A stretch of 64,000 nt of DNA from Schmidtea polychroa (taxonomy: Eukaryota), in NCBI GenBank assembly GCA_044892525.1, contig CM097886.1, positions 75,392,001 through 75,456,000 on the forward strand, given 5' to 3'. A program made the position numbers and the translations under genes. Each line of letters begins with the position of its first letter. Position 1 is the first letter of the stretch. The notes beneath the pieces were generated by a model. It was given only the letters and a program-made list of their open reading frames with translations, was not told the DNA's origin and made no database searches. Shown in pieces: positions 23,661 to 36,336 of this stretch.

Positions 23661-24553
23661 TGAAGGAATTTCCAAATTGTTCATTAATTTGATCTTCAGA
23701 TATTGTATTTATTAATAAATTTTCTACTTTCTTTTTTTTTATTTTATTGCTCTTTGTAAATTGAAATTGGATGATTGAGTTTGCATACATTTTTCAAAAT
23801 AAAAATTTTTTCTTTTTATTGATTCGTAAATCATTCGTTTTATTATTAATTTTTTTACATTTTTAGAAAATTTTTGCTGGAGTGATAAATTAAGTTTGCA
23901 TTTTTTTGGAAGCTGATAAAATATATACGGAGGTTCCCTTGTCAAAATTACTTCAAACTGTCATTGTGAAATCACTCGGTTTTTTACTTAAAAATAGATT
24001 CCAAAATCAAAGTTATTTCAAAGTTATCAATTTCAAATACCAGGTTAAATTTATACGACTTAATGGATGGCCAAAGCAGTTTACTCACTCAAAGTGTTGT
24101 TGCTTAGTAGTAAGTTCATAATTGATTGTTATTTTCTTTAAATATATTTTCTTTAAAAGTACCGCCCCATCTATTTTATTTTATATGAATTTATCTCATT
24201 TTTTGATATGCGCCATATCAGTTTTGGCTCATTCTGAAATCATGATAATTTAATTATTTATTATTTTTATAATTATTTATTTTAATTATTTAATTTCTAC
24301 TAATTATTTTTTTATTATTAATTATAATTTTTTATTTTAATAATTTTTATAATTAATTATTTTCTAGTAATTAATTTTATTATTAATTATATTTGATTAT
24401 TTTTATAATTATTTATTTGTTATTAATATATTAAAATTTAGTTATTTTTAATTATTTATTTTAAAAATTTTTTACAAAATAATTTTTATAATTATTTATT
24501 TATTATTATAAGAACTTTTATTTCTTCCTATTTCACCACTGATTATTTTATCC

Positions 24554-24624
24554 ATTGAATTGAAAAGAGAGTTTGAAGACTATAAATCAGTGATTTATAA
24601 TCTTCAAACTCTTTTCAATTCAAT
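24554..24624. repeat. Near-perfect inverted repeat (~34-bp arms, 1-nt loop)
   Basis: ATTGAATTGAAAAGAGAGTTTGAAGACTATAAATCA-G-TGATTTATAATCTTCAAACTCTTTTCAATTCAAT. Confidence 0.9.
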
Positions 24625-27222
24625 TATTTATTTGTTATTAATAATAATATTTATTATTATTGGCCTTGTCTAATAAATTTTTTAATTGTTGCCAACCTCA
24701 AAATTCTGTCCACTCGACAAACAAGTATTCGAACAAAGAAACAGATGCGCCGTTATTCAGTTAATTTAACTAGAAATGCTAACCCTACTTATCGAAAAGT
24801 TGGATGTTATATAATATGACATATGTGATAATAAATTATTATCATGTAAAGCATTGTTCTCCAAACTTTTTTCGATGTCCTAAACTTAAAAAATATTTCG
24901 CGACACCCCTGAAAAATATTTTTGATGTAAAATTTTGCATCAAATTTTATGAAAGTTTAATGCCGTTTAACTTGGAGGTTTGAGAAAAAAAGATTAACAC
25001 AAATTATTTTTATTTTACGTATTTTTATTTCTTTTGTGCTCGATGTTCCGAGCAAACAACATCGAAACGAGGCAAGAGCGACGACAAACTAACTCGCATT
25101 TCTTCATCAACTGTCTGCAATCTTTCATGTTTCTTTGATTTGATCTCAACCAGTACCGAAAATCAAAGTTCGTATGTAGAAAACGGAAGAAATAATTGTC
25201 ACGCAATGCCTACCAAATTCAGAAATGACGTCTATTAGTCTAACGCTGGCATTGTGTCTACTAGGGATTTTGGTAGTTCTCATTTGTCGCTTTGGTGATT
25301 CGTCGAATTTAAAGTTATTGGGGATTCCCATGCAATTGCCGTAGAACCAGTGCTGTTCTTTTCCAGCTTAATTCTGTGATTTGCTTTTCAAAGTTTTTAT
25401 ATATTAATTTTTCTTTGAGGAGGGTGTTAGCATATATAATGCTATGTCTTCCTTGATATTGGGATACCTGATGACTCTGCATTCCTGAAAATACCAGATA
25501 ACTGATATGCCATAATAGGCTAAAAAGATATGCATGAGTTTCCTTATAAGAGATATTCGCATGCTGAATTTTATTGCTACCTGGAGCTCTCCGTAAATAT
25601 AGATTTTAAAATAAATATATAAATATTCATATATAATTTTTCCCTCGGGAGAGTCTGTAATTGTTATAATTGCGATATCAGCACTCTTTTGGCTTGTTTG
25701 AAATACAGCTTATTCCAAATGCCCACAGCCACTATTAGTGGTTGCTAATTATAATATTGCTAACACTAATCAATACCCCTATGGGTAATTTAATGAGGTA
25801 CGCTGCCTTGAAATTTGTAATGGCATTACAGTCGCAACAATTTGTCCAATTTGGAATGGTTTGTAATGGCATTACAGTCGCAACAATTTGTCCAATTTGG
25901 AATGGTTTGGCAGAATATTTGTTTCGTATTTGGTAATTATCTGAGATGTTGCAACATAGCGGGATGTATCACCATACTCTCCCTGACTACCTTTTTTGTA
26001 ACATTTTTGAAATAGGTTTTCTAAGTTGTTTTCCTCAAATACCTCAAACCACTCGTCAATTCCTCATTTTTTCGTTCTATAGTATATAACTAGAACCAAA
26101 TATTCTTTGGACCGATTTAGATACGTTACTTTGGTAGGATTGTTATTATCTAACCATACCGTTTCTATCGCTGATTTTCCATAACCTTTACTCTCTCCTC
26201 ACCACAGTTTTGCCGTCGGAACACCAATTTTGTTGAGGTCTCAATATTTGAGATGTTCAAATTTACTAGTTCTTAGGTAAATATAATGAAAATAAGTCAT
26301 GATATAAATATTTATTAGTAATAAAAATTACCGAAAATAAACAATTCCAATTTCCAAATAAATTTGCTTCAAACAATTATCAACACTAGATGATTTCTTT
26401 TAATCAATTGCTTCCTTGAGTTACTTTCGAAATGATTGCAAAATATGTATTTCTGTTAGTATGTTATGTAGTGCTTGCGTATGTACGATTACTGCAATAT
26501 TTTTATAAAGATTTGTGAAACAATTTCTGTGCTGTTTCGGGTTTTGATTATTTCTCAAGATTTACCTTTGAAATTGCTCTGTCGCTAATTTTTGGGCAAT
26601 TGTAATGAATAATGTTAGGGTATTTATACTATTTTAAAATTTTATAAATAAATTATTTTATTTCCGGCCTATACGCACGGAATAATATTATATGATTTTT
26701 TATATATTTTACCAGATGTTTTTATAATATTAGGTTATTTTCTTTCCTTTATATCTGTTTCGAGTGAAAACAAGAAAGAGAAATAATTTCAATTAACTCA
26801 GACAATACAAATTGACCATCATCTGACATAGCAGCCTCATCTTCAAGGTCATCCCAAATAATCATTGATTTATTCCTTGAAACAGAAATATGACTCTTTG
26901 AATAGATATTGGTTGCAATCTTTTATTTTGAAGCAGCCTTGATCATACGACTATTGATTTTCATTGTGATATCAAGCAGTGGAATGTTCATTGAATACTT
27001 TTTCATTTCATCTGTGAAGTCATCATAATAATCACCAGATGATTTAATAACATTTTCCAACGATTCTTTAATAATTGAATATTTGCATAACGGGTCTGAT
27101 TCTTTAAGATTCTTCATTTCAAAAATTCACCAAAAACTTCCTGGTTAAACAAAATTTAAAAACTCTATCACAATCAAAATTACAAAAACTAATTAATAAA
27201 ATAATATGACATACCTATTACT

Positions 27223-27339
27223 CGCGTCTGTGTGCGCACATCAATATTACCATAATTCTGCACACAGACGCGACAACACTCAACAAACAAACTGCCAGTC
27301 AGAGGTAGACGTCATTCCCCCCTCTGACTGGTCGAAACA
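27223..27339 (-). repeat. LTR-like fragment sharing a hairpin with the BEL/Pao LTRs
   Basis: CGCGTCTGTGTGCGCAC...GCACACAGACGCG arms also occur at ~34520-34581 and ~51649-51709. Second hairpin CCAGTCAGAGG...CCTCTGACTGG. The minus strand begins TGTTTCG. Confidence 0.45.
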
Positions 27340-28449
27340 ATATCAGTCTTTAAGAGCAGATGTTATAATAATTTAATACAATATTAACTTATTCTCTTTA
27401 TACTTAATTTATTGTAAGAGCAGATGTTATAATAATTTCTCAAATTGCGTGAAGTAATAATTTATTTCATTTATGTTCTAATGATTTTATTTTTAATATA
27501 TTATTTAATTGAGCTGTTTGAACTGAAATTAATAATTTACTCTTCTGTTAAAATTTATTATTAATATAAAATAAAATAAAATACATGACAGGATAAAGTC
27601 TAATAAGATAAAATATAAAATATGAAATCAATACATAATTGATGATAATAAATATATACACATAAAATATGAAATTGTCATAGAAATAAAAATAGTCAAC
27701 GCTGCTAAAATTGATAACATAAGGTATCATTGATTGTTTCTGAATGGATATTGTCTGGACTGTTGCTGGACGAATATTGCCTAAATTGTTGCCCCATGAT
27801 TCAATCTATTGCCTTTCTTTGGCACATATATTAACCCCATATTTTCTGGGCCTCGTCCTGTAGTATTTGTTGAGGGTGGATGTGGTGATGGGTCTACCCT
27901 CATCATCCAACATTCCTCCCTGGGCCGTCAAGATTATGTCCGCATTATCTCTGATGCTTTTTATTAATTCAATTTCGCAATCCTGGATTAACATCGTTGT
28001 TATGTTAAATCCTTTTCCTAATGCCATACTCAAGACATCTCCCTCGTTTATTCGTCTACCGAAATAAACGAATTGTTTTCCTGTTCCTCCATTGAGAAAT
28101 ATTCGTCATCAGAGACGAGATCACATTCCATTAATCTCTCTAGGTCGAATTTCTGTTCCTGTGGTTCGAGTTTGACTTGTGACACAGGTTCTGGATTCTT
28201 TTTCTCTTCGACAAATATTACATCATCATCGCTATCTGTGAATTCATCCTCAAATGTTCGTCTTGTTCCATCTCTATGAAATTTCAATCCAAATTGGGAA
28301 GGTTCAATATACATGTCCTCATCCTCCAAATTTAAGGCTCCCTCTGGTTCACTTGTCGATGGGTGTTGATCATCTTTCTGCCATCATTTTATATGAATTA
28401 CCAAAAACTTTTATCAATTGTCTTAACGAGACTAGTGATGAGCAAATCA

Positions 28450-30139
28450 TTTTTAATAATGTGACTGTTTAATATATTCCTAATATAGTTGAGAACGTAT
28501 TTCCGAGAATCGCAAAATATCCCCATATGCTACATTACACTCTATACACAACTTTCTTGAAATGCTCTTTTGATAATAATACATCAAAGTTGTAATTCCC
28601 TCCGTACCTATTCTCGATGATTTTGTTTACCATTATTGAAAGGACTTTTTATTTTTCATGAGGAAACAACATATGTTTTCTGGCGCTCTATATTGCTTCT
28701 CTCGTATACATCCAACTGTTATCCATTTCGTTAACTTCATGAAATTCTAATTTTTTTTCAAGTTGAGTTAGTTCTAGCTTTTGTGGTTTAGTCGCTACTT
28801 TTCTATCCGACATTGTGATCCACATCTCATCGTTTATTTTATATAAAGGATCTAACAGGTTAGTACATTTATCAATTTTTCTCGGAACATAGTCTTTATC
28901 TGTCAATATTCTTGTTATTGGTTGAAGATATACAGTTTCTCCTTTATAAACGACTGGTAATTCGTTTGTACATTTGTTATTCGTTGCTAAAGATAAGCTG
29001 ACCGGTTTACACTGAAATGCTTGTATCACTTCTCCGACGACTCTTGCAAATGTCCCTTTCTCTGAAAATAAAATCGGTGCCATCAAATCTAGGTTTGTAA
29101 CTGCAACCGTCATCTTTGTTCTTAATATCTCTCTATTAAGTTTACAATCATTTGCGATGGTTGGTTGATATACTTTGTCTAATTGTACTAACTAATGATG
29201 ATAAAAATAATCGATTTTATTGTTAAAATATGAGGCTAATTTAACATCATATTTGTCTATTTTTGATTTTACCTCTTTGATTTCACTTCCGCTGATATAA
29301 ATACCTTCATAATTTGTTTGTATGACTGCTTTACCGCATTTAATACTTTCACCTTTTCCCGTAAATCTCATAGCTTTTGTTTCAGAATCAGACATGTATA
29401 TCGTTGGTGTATCTCTCTTGGATAACTGTTGCTCGTCGTTTTTGATCTTTGATGTTCTTGGATTCTACATCCGTGAACTGTTTACCTTGAATGGTTCTGA
29501 ATTTTAGTGCTTTCAACTTGGTTAGATGACATTCATATTTGTTTATTTTATACACCATCATTGACTCGCCTGTATCACAGCTTGTCTCATTTGATGTGCA
29601 AAACTTGTGTGTCATCATTTTCTTTGATGAGCTATCAAATGATGCCCTGAACTTCCTCAATTCAACGTAATACTGTCGTCTTTTATTTTATATTTTCCTC
29701 CTTCACAATACCATCCTTAATGCCCATACAACAACATTTACCCTTGCTCCCACTTGAGCATTTAACTCGATTCCATCTGGTGTTTTAAACTTTTTTGCTT
29801 TAAATGCGTTTTCACACTCAATTGGAGCTATTATTAGTGCTTCTGGTGCCCATGTTGGGTTAAAATTGTCTTGCTATCTTATTACACACAAAACTTTCCT
29901 CTGTATATTTAATGATGTACTATCTCGCTTCAGTGTTAATAAAGTCAGATTCTTGATATATATGAAAAATCTTTGGATCTGCTACAATTAATTTTGTTGG
30001 ATTTGCTTTTGGGCAATTTTCCACATCTAGTAATGAATATTTTTGTCCCCATTTGGGATTCTGACAGTCATACGCTATAATCGCATTATTCCCTTTTATC
30101 AAATCTAACAATAATGTTATTACTATTATTACTATTGAC
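28450..30139 (-). pseudogene. Chuvirus-type env pseudogene (second lineage)
   Basis: IIAYDCQNPKWGQKYSLLDVENC, KCGKAVIQTNYEGIYIS, YFNNKIDYFYH, VVGEVIQAFQCKPVS, KCTNELPVVYKG and PLYKINDEMWI, all colinear with the family A env. Several frameshifts and stops. Confidence 0.85.
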
Positions 30140-31226
30140 TAAGGATTGTATACCGGTTTACCGTTAAATTGGCAAAAAAACACTCGGTAAATTTACCGGT
30201 AAATTCGGTAAATTAAAAATCCTTGATAGAAATTTTTATTCTGAAATTTTATTCTGATATTTCCGATAGTGAATATGATTAGTTACAATTTCTTCACAAA
30301 TCATAATAACAATTAACAAATAAAGTATATTTAAATATTTAAATAATCCAACATGACTTTTCTATTATCAAAACAACTATAATTAATAAATAATAATTAT
30401 CGGACATCACTCTCCACTTCATTTTCTTTGCATCTCTTCAGCCATTCAATTCTTCCTGATTTGATTGAGTGTTTGGAAATTGTAATTCAACCTGTCTTGG
30501 TGATAAGAATTTTAAAATTTTGTAAGGTCCCTCATTTGAAATCCCTCCCTCTTTCGTCTATGTGGTTCCAAACGAACTAATACTTCCTCTCCCACCATGA
30601 ATACTCGAGTACCTCGCTTGTCTATATCTCTATTTTTGATTGTTGTTGCTGCTTTCTCTTTGTTTTTGTTTTATCTACAATTTCTTCTCTGCTTTTTTGT
30701 GTGTGTCCTAATCTAGAATATAAATTAATCTTTCAACCATATACAATTTCAAAGATGAAAAATTTGTCGAGTTTTGTACTGTTGCATTCAAACTAAATTC
30801 AATCTTTGGTAACAATTTGCACTAATTATTCTCTGTTCTAATATCTCTCAATGATGTTGTCAACATGTCCCGAACTGTTCTTATTATTCATTCAGCTAAA
30901 CCATTTGATTGATGTTGGTATGGTGAACTAAATTCTTGTTTTATGCCAAATTTTTTCATCCAATCATGAAACATTGATCCAGCATTGACCCAACAATATT
31001 ATTATAGTTTGTTTAGATTTATAATAATACATTAATCTATATTTTTCATATTTTATATTTTTGAAATAAAAATCATGAAATGGAAATTTAAACTTGTTTA
31101 TTTGTCAACTTTATTTTATCTTTTAGTAAAAATAAATTTCCCAGTAATTTCCCGGTAAACCAGTAATTTTATTTTCATTTACTGATTTACCGGTAAATGA
31201 AAAAATCGGTAAATTTACAATCTCTA
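30140..31226. mobile_element. Non-autonomous hAT-type element (1,087 bp)
   Basis: Imperfect TIR TAAGGATTGTA...TACAATCTCTA, subterminal CCGGTAAA repeats, and 8-bp TSD CTATTGAC (30132-30139, 31227-31234). Confidence 0.85.
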
Positions 31227-34200
31227 CTATTGACATTGTCGATTTTCTCTCTTTTTGACTTGGTTTCATAGTTGTTCAATTTACTAGATTTTTTACTGTC
31301 TCCTTGGTATCATCTACTTCCGCAGTGGTTATTGTCTTTGTGCTTTCACTCGGACTTTCAACTAGGTTCTCATAATACAATATTTTCCATCCTCCCTTTA
31401 AATTTATCCACGGCATAGCATCCATCTATAGTTTATTATATATCATTCTAGCTATGTATCGTTTTCATTGCTTTCTTGTCTTTCTATTACAGCAGATATA
31501 ATATTATTATCAATGGCGTTTACTCCATAGTCGATCATATTCGTTATTCATCATTTCTACGCCGTCAAAATACAACTTCACTTTATCATTGTCTCCTAAT
31601 TTTTCGGGCCAATTAGCTCTGGCCATTTGTTTAACTTTATTCACTTTTGTGCAAACGTGTACCCCTGTACATCGCGTAAGTGTTCTCCAAAGGTCCTTTG
31701 CCTCAATAGTTATATTCAATGACTCATGTAATTTCGGATTTTTCTCATAAATTCAACATAACATTTTATCATTTCTTTCAACCCTATTTCTAATTCTAAT
31801 ACTCGTGTCATATTTTGTCTCTTCACCATTAGTGGTATCAAAATTTTCAAGCATTCTAAGTCAATTCCCTCAATTAGAACTTTATTTATTATACACAATG
31901 TTTCATTATTATCATAAAGCCATTTTTCTAATGTTTCTCTCAATTCCTCTTTTAATTCATTGCATCTATTTGCTTCGGAAAGTAGTTTCTCATCTGCCTC
32001 TCTCTCCTCTCGAAACTCATCATTATCTATATCCATATCATTTGTAAAACACTGATTGAATTCGTTTGGGACACTGCGATCGTTTTTTATTGTCTTGATC
32101 ACTACCATGCAGTTACTGGTAGTTATTAATGGTGTCCTGTCTTGACAGATAGACACTTCCGTCTTTGTAATGTGGAACAGTATTCTGTGAGGTACCTATT
32201 TCACTTCTGTTACTGCCTCTTCCGCGTTCAGGAACTGATCAAATGTTCCAATTAGATCTTTAAGTTTTATTCTTCGAGCTTCATTAAACTTGATGAGATG
32301 AAGTTCTCTTTCTTCTATTTCGACCATTTCATTTTTGGATGCAAACTTGGTTGGGGTAGCTTCTAATGGTGATAGGAGTGCCATCCGTGCAGATCCTATT
32401 CTTCAGGTTCTTATAGAAGCTGTTATAATGTTTATGTATAATTTTATAGATCCATACAGGTCATATTAAGGTGCAAGCAGTATATACAAATAATATTAGC
32501 ATATACCCATAGGACCTAGGGGTGATCTAAAAAATTTTCTTTATCCAGATTTGTAAAGGTACATTAATGCAATTATAAGATCTAGTTTATCGATTTATGC
32601 TCCCAGATAATATATAGGGTTAATATATGAATACTCGTAGATAAAATCATTAGCTTCGCTTTTATCAAGATTTCGGATGCATTTGGCATATAAAATATTA
32701 CACTTTAATAAAATAGATTTAGTAAAATTAAAGGTAGTCATAAGATGATATCTATAGATTTGGAACTTATGAATAAGGTAACATAACCATATATAATTCT
32801 AAGTGCGGTTAGGAATAAAACTGAATATTAAATTATATAATTATGAGAAAGGGTTAAGCATAAAATAGACATGAAATTATCATAGAACATTATAAAAAGA
32901 AAATTATACATAAATTGTTAATTATCAAGTTAGATATTAAACTGTTATTTTAGAGTTGATGAAAATTATCTTTAGGTATCAGTATTCGATTTATATTTTA
33001 ATAAAAGGTTCACTGCTATAAATTTGCTTAATTTTAAAATCGGCAAGTTGATGTTTAGTTAATTGAATGAATTGTGAATTCCTGAATTACGCATATGCAT
33101 TTCGAATTGTCCCAAACTGTAGGCGTTCTCTTTGCTCAAATTTTCCGCTTACGACATTTAATCCTTCTTTGTGATTATCCATTCATTATCTCTGAACATT
33201 GGAAGTATCATTGCAGTAATTGAAGGTCTATTCCACTTTCCTTTAATTTATAATTTTCAGTTCGAAATGCATAGGCATAATGGGAATCCGCGTATAATCT
33301 GATATTTGTTATGATTTAGTTTTAGTCAACTACATTCGTGTTCCATACTGTGATTAATTAAGTCTAGAGCTATACACCTTTATCATCCCTAGGGTACTGT
33401 ATTGGTGTTGATTTTAATTTTGTATGTTATGTGTATTTTATACATGAAAAAGGTCGAGTTAAAGAAAAGTTGCTTGCTTTCGGGGCCTCACTGTGCTCCC
33501 TACGACAAGCCCTAATGCGTATATACGTCGGTAATATACTACCGTATTATAATAACGATAACGAGTTCCGAGAACTCCATCGCCCGGAGGTAATTCATCG
33601 ACGAACCCAGTGGCCTATACCACTGAGTCGGTACGACCTCCGACGACCCACCATTTATAATATCGATGTACTTGCCAGGCAGTGGCCTGCGGACGTCAAG
33701 GCTGCTTGCACAATGACGTTAGATTTTATGAAATAACAATTTTTATGCGAGACGGATCAAATCGATGATAAGTTCGATCAATGTTGATCCCTCTTGGAAA
33801 AAATTTAAAAGGAAATTCCTTTACCAGAATCATATTAAGATAAACGCATAAGAACTTTCAACATAAATGTTTTAATAGATACACAAAATACGGTTAACAT
33901 GATAATAATGCATAAAATAAAAGAATATTTCTTACTTCAAAATTTTCCAATAAAGTAATAACAAAAAAAAAATTTTGGCATAAAGATTAAATTGTGACCA
34001 AAATGCGTCGGTATATATACCTATTTTTGTGTGTGCAAGTACACGTGTATGTATTGATGCATTAAAACAAACTCGAATTCTTTTTATTCTGGAATTTTCT
34101 ATTTTCTATTTTTTGTATTTTTATTGGCAATTTTAGTGCAATAATTTTTGTTTTTATTTTTAAATTTTTATTTTTTATATCATTTATACACTCTAAATTA

Positions 34201-34410
34201 ACCCCTATAATATCCTACACTTAAATGTTCGGATTACTTTTATTATTGCATAAAAGTTTTGAATATGTTACTTATCTATAATTGTGAAACCCCTATAATT
34301 ATTAATACATTATTTACCTACATATTACTTATAAATATACTATTTACATATATATTACTTATAAAATCGGAAAACCCCCATAAGCATTAATTAAGATATA
34401 CTACTTATAA

Positions 34411-34995
34411 ATCATTGAACAAAAATTAAACTCGAAAAAATTAAACTCAAAAATTAAACTCGAACAAAAATTAAACTCGAAAACCATTCTCGAAAAACAT
34501 ACTTGCCATGCACAATTTTACGCGTCTGTGTGCGCACACAACCAAAATACACAAGGAAAGTCAAAAGCGCACACAGACGCGAGCATCGAATTAAACATCC
34601 TCCTCCCCTTGACACTTTGGTGTCAATCTCTCATCCCCATTAACTTCTCCTTCTTTTGTGATCAAGCATAATTTGGATATGCACCTTAACACCTCCTTTC
34701 CTTCACATTTTATCCTCATCACGCGTTGCTTTCCGTCTTCTCCAGGTATCACTTCGATTACTCGCCCCATTGGTCACAAAAATATTAGTAAACATATAAT
34801 ACGCATAATATACACATAATATACATAAACACAAAAAAGACATTTTATAATCATTAATTATCTTGTTCCGGCTGGCTAGCGGGAACCACGCTCTGCTACC
34901 ATGTTCATTTTTAAATTCAAAATAAAGCATAATCATTTTATTTCTGAATAATAACAATTTGTCCCTGTCCATACCAGGAGATAATGCCATCATTG
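34411..34995 (-). mobile_element. Miniature BEL/Pao derivative, left part (partial LTR, PPT, integrase C-terminus, iMet PBS, LTR segment)
   Basis: Minus strand 34595-34775 encodes PMGRVIEVIPGEDGKQRVMRIKCEGKEVLRCISKLC...GEEDV* (DUF5641-like BEL integrase tail). PPT GGGGAGGAGG precedes TGTTTAATTCG. PBS TGGTAGCAGAGCGTGGTT at 34884-34901. Confidence 0.8.
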
Positions 34996-36031
34996 TGTTA
35001 GGTTCGATGGGTATGTCTTCGAACTAACACAAAAATGTTCTATCTGGCTCCAAGTAAATAATTTATGCGTGTAGGTAAATAAATAAATAATATGTTTTAA
35101 ATCTTTATTTAGCAATTAAAAAAGTTAATTACACTTTCGTTCAAATATATCTAACAAGCTGCTTTCTAGAAGTACAGACAACGGTTATACAAATCGCCCT
35201 AAAGAGTATTACTAAGGATCAAGTCTGGCCCTAAATGCGCCAACAGCCCGATATAGGTGAAAGGAAAAGAGATAGGGAAGATCACCAAATTTTACGCGAT
35301 AGAGTCAACCCGGAAATTGGTTAACTCTTTCTCAAATAACGATACAACACAAAAATCAGTGATGACGTTACGTTATCCCTTTAATGTTAGAGTAATTTAT
35401 TTAGATAAAATAAGTATATAAATATTTTCAAAACAAAACAATAACAATACTAACTATATAATATTCCGAAAGCAAAATAAACCACAGATGGGTTGTTGAG
35501 CTTGCTAATCTATCCTTCTTGTTTCTTTAATTAATACTCCAATAGATATTGAAGATAAGCGCTTGTATAAATAAAAAATTCCAAAATATTTGTTAATATA
35601 TTCCAATCGATAATTGTCTATCAATTAAGGCTATCAAATGATTGTCTATCAAATTTCAATGTGAATTCTCTATCGCTTAATGCGAGTAAATCTGTTTCTA
35701 TTTATATCGATTTCTTTAAACTAATTCTCGCTCTTATCTGTCGCGTCCGATTTTCTCCGTCCCATAATCTAATTTTTAACTATTATTTATATGAATTTTA
35801 TTTACCAAATTCTATTAATAGTAATTGTTTAATTACTATTTTTATTATATATTTTTAAATAATTTCTACAATTCTATTTTTAGTAATTATTTATTACTAA
35901 TTATATTTTAGTTTTAATTTTAGTGTTTAATTTCTATTTTTGGTAATTTTAAAATACTATTTCTATTATACTTCTAATTAATTATTATTTAATTTCGAAC
36001 CTTCAATTCTGGTTCCTACTGAACCCCAACA
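34996..36031 (-). repeat. 3' LTR of copy 2 (1,036 bp)
   Basis: TG...CA termini. Differs from the 5' LTR by an 8-bp indel and two substitutions seen by eye. Confidence 0.97.
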
Positions 36032-36034
36032 TGT

Positions 36035-36043
36035 CTTCCCCCT
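36035..36043 (-). promoter_or_regulatory. Polypurine tract
   Basis: Minus strand AGGGGGAAG, 3 nt before the 3' LTR. Confidence 0.8.
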
Positions 36044-36336
36044 AACAAGATTTTCGTCCCGAAAATTAAAGCGGTAAAGATAAGATAATTTGCAGCTGAT
36101 ACAAAAAAATAAAAATATAAAAATAAAATGAAACAACTGAATAATATATATATGTATAAAGTAATCAAAGTCAAAATCAAAATAATCAAAGATTGTTAAA
36201 CAAAATCAACACCGAAATCAAATATTGTTCATAATGTCTGTCAATTTAAATAACTGTATTGGATTGAATTGTGGAAGGTGCTGGAATTGAGGACGTATAG
36301 CAGATTGCTAGGTCCATTGAACACATAACCGAATTG

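Larger units (their letters stand above)
25146..32384 (-). mobile_element. Decayed, diverged relative of family A retaining spacer, env, TM tail and ORF2 but no recognisable PR/RT/RH/INT
   Basis: ORF2 homolog 25146-25483 (HWFYGNCMGIPNNFKFDESPKRQ). TM-tail homolog ~25680-26230 (HPAMLQHLR, CCDCNAITNFKA). Env 28450-30139. Spacer-like ORFs 31510-32156 (GIDLECLKILIPLMVK vs RIPVDLLEAIIPLILPVVK; KVKLYFDGVEM). Confidence 0.7.

Noticed and set aside
23000-24500. AT-rich imperfect repeats, with TAATTGTTGCCAACCTCAAAATTCTGT recurring at ~23417 and ~24684
   Set aside because: Low-complexity intronic/intergenic duplication with no definable termini or coding potential.
33634-33653. PBS-like TGGTGGGTCGTCGGAGGTCG on the minus strand
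   Set aside because: Not preceded by an LTR-ending CA, and I cannot match it to a eukaryotic tRNA 3' end.
34500-34600. Spliced-leader RNA gene repeat (hairpin followed by GTATGT on the minus strand)
   Set aside because: The flanking PPT, PBS and integrase tail explain it as a BEL/Pao LTR; no recognisable SL exon or Sm site.
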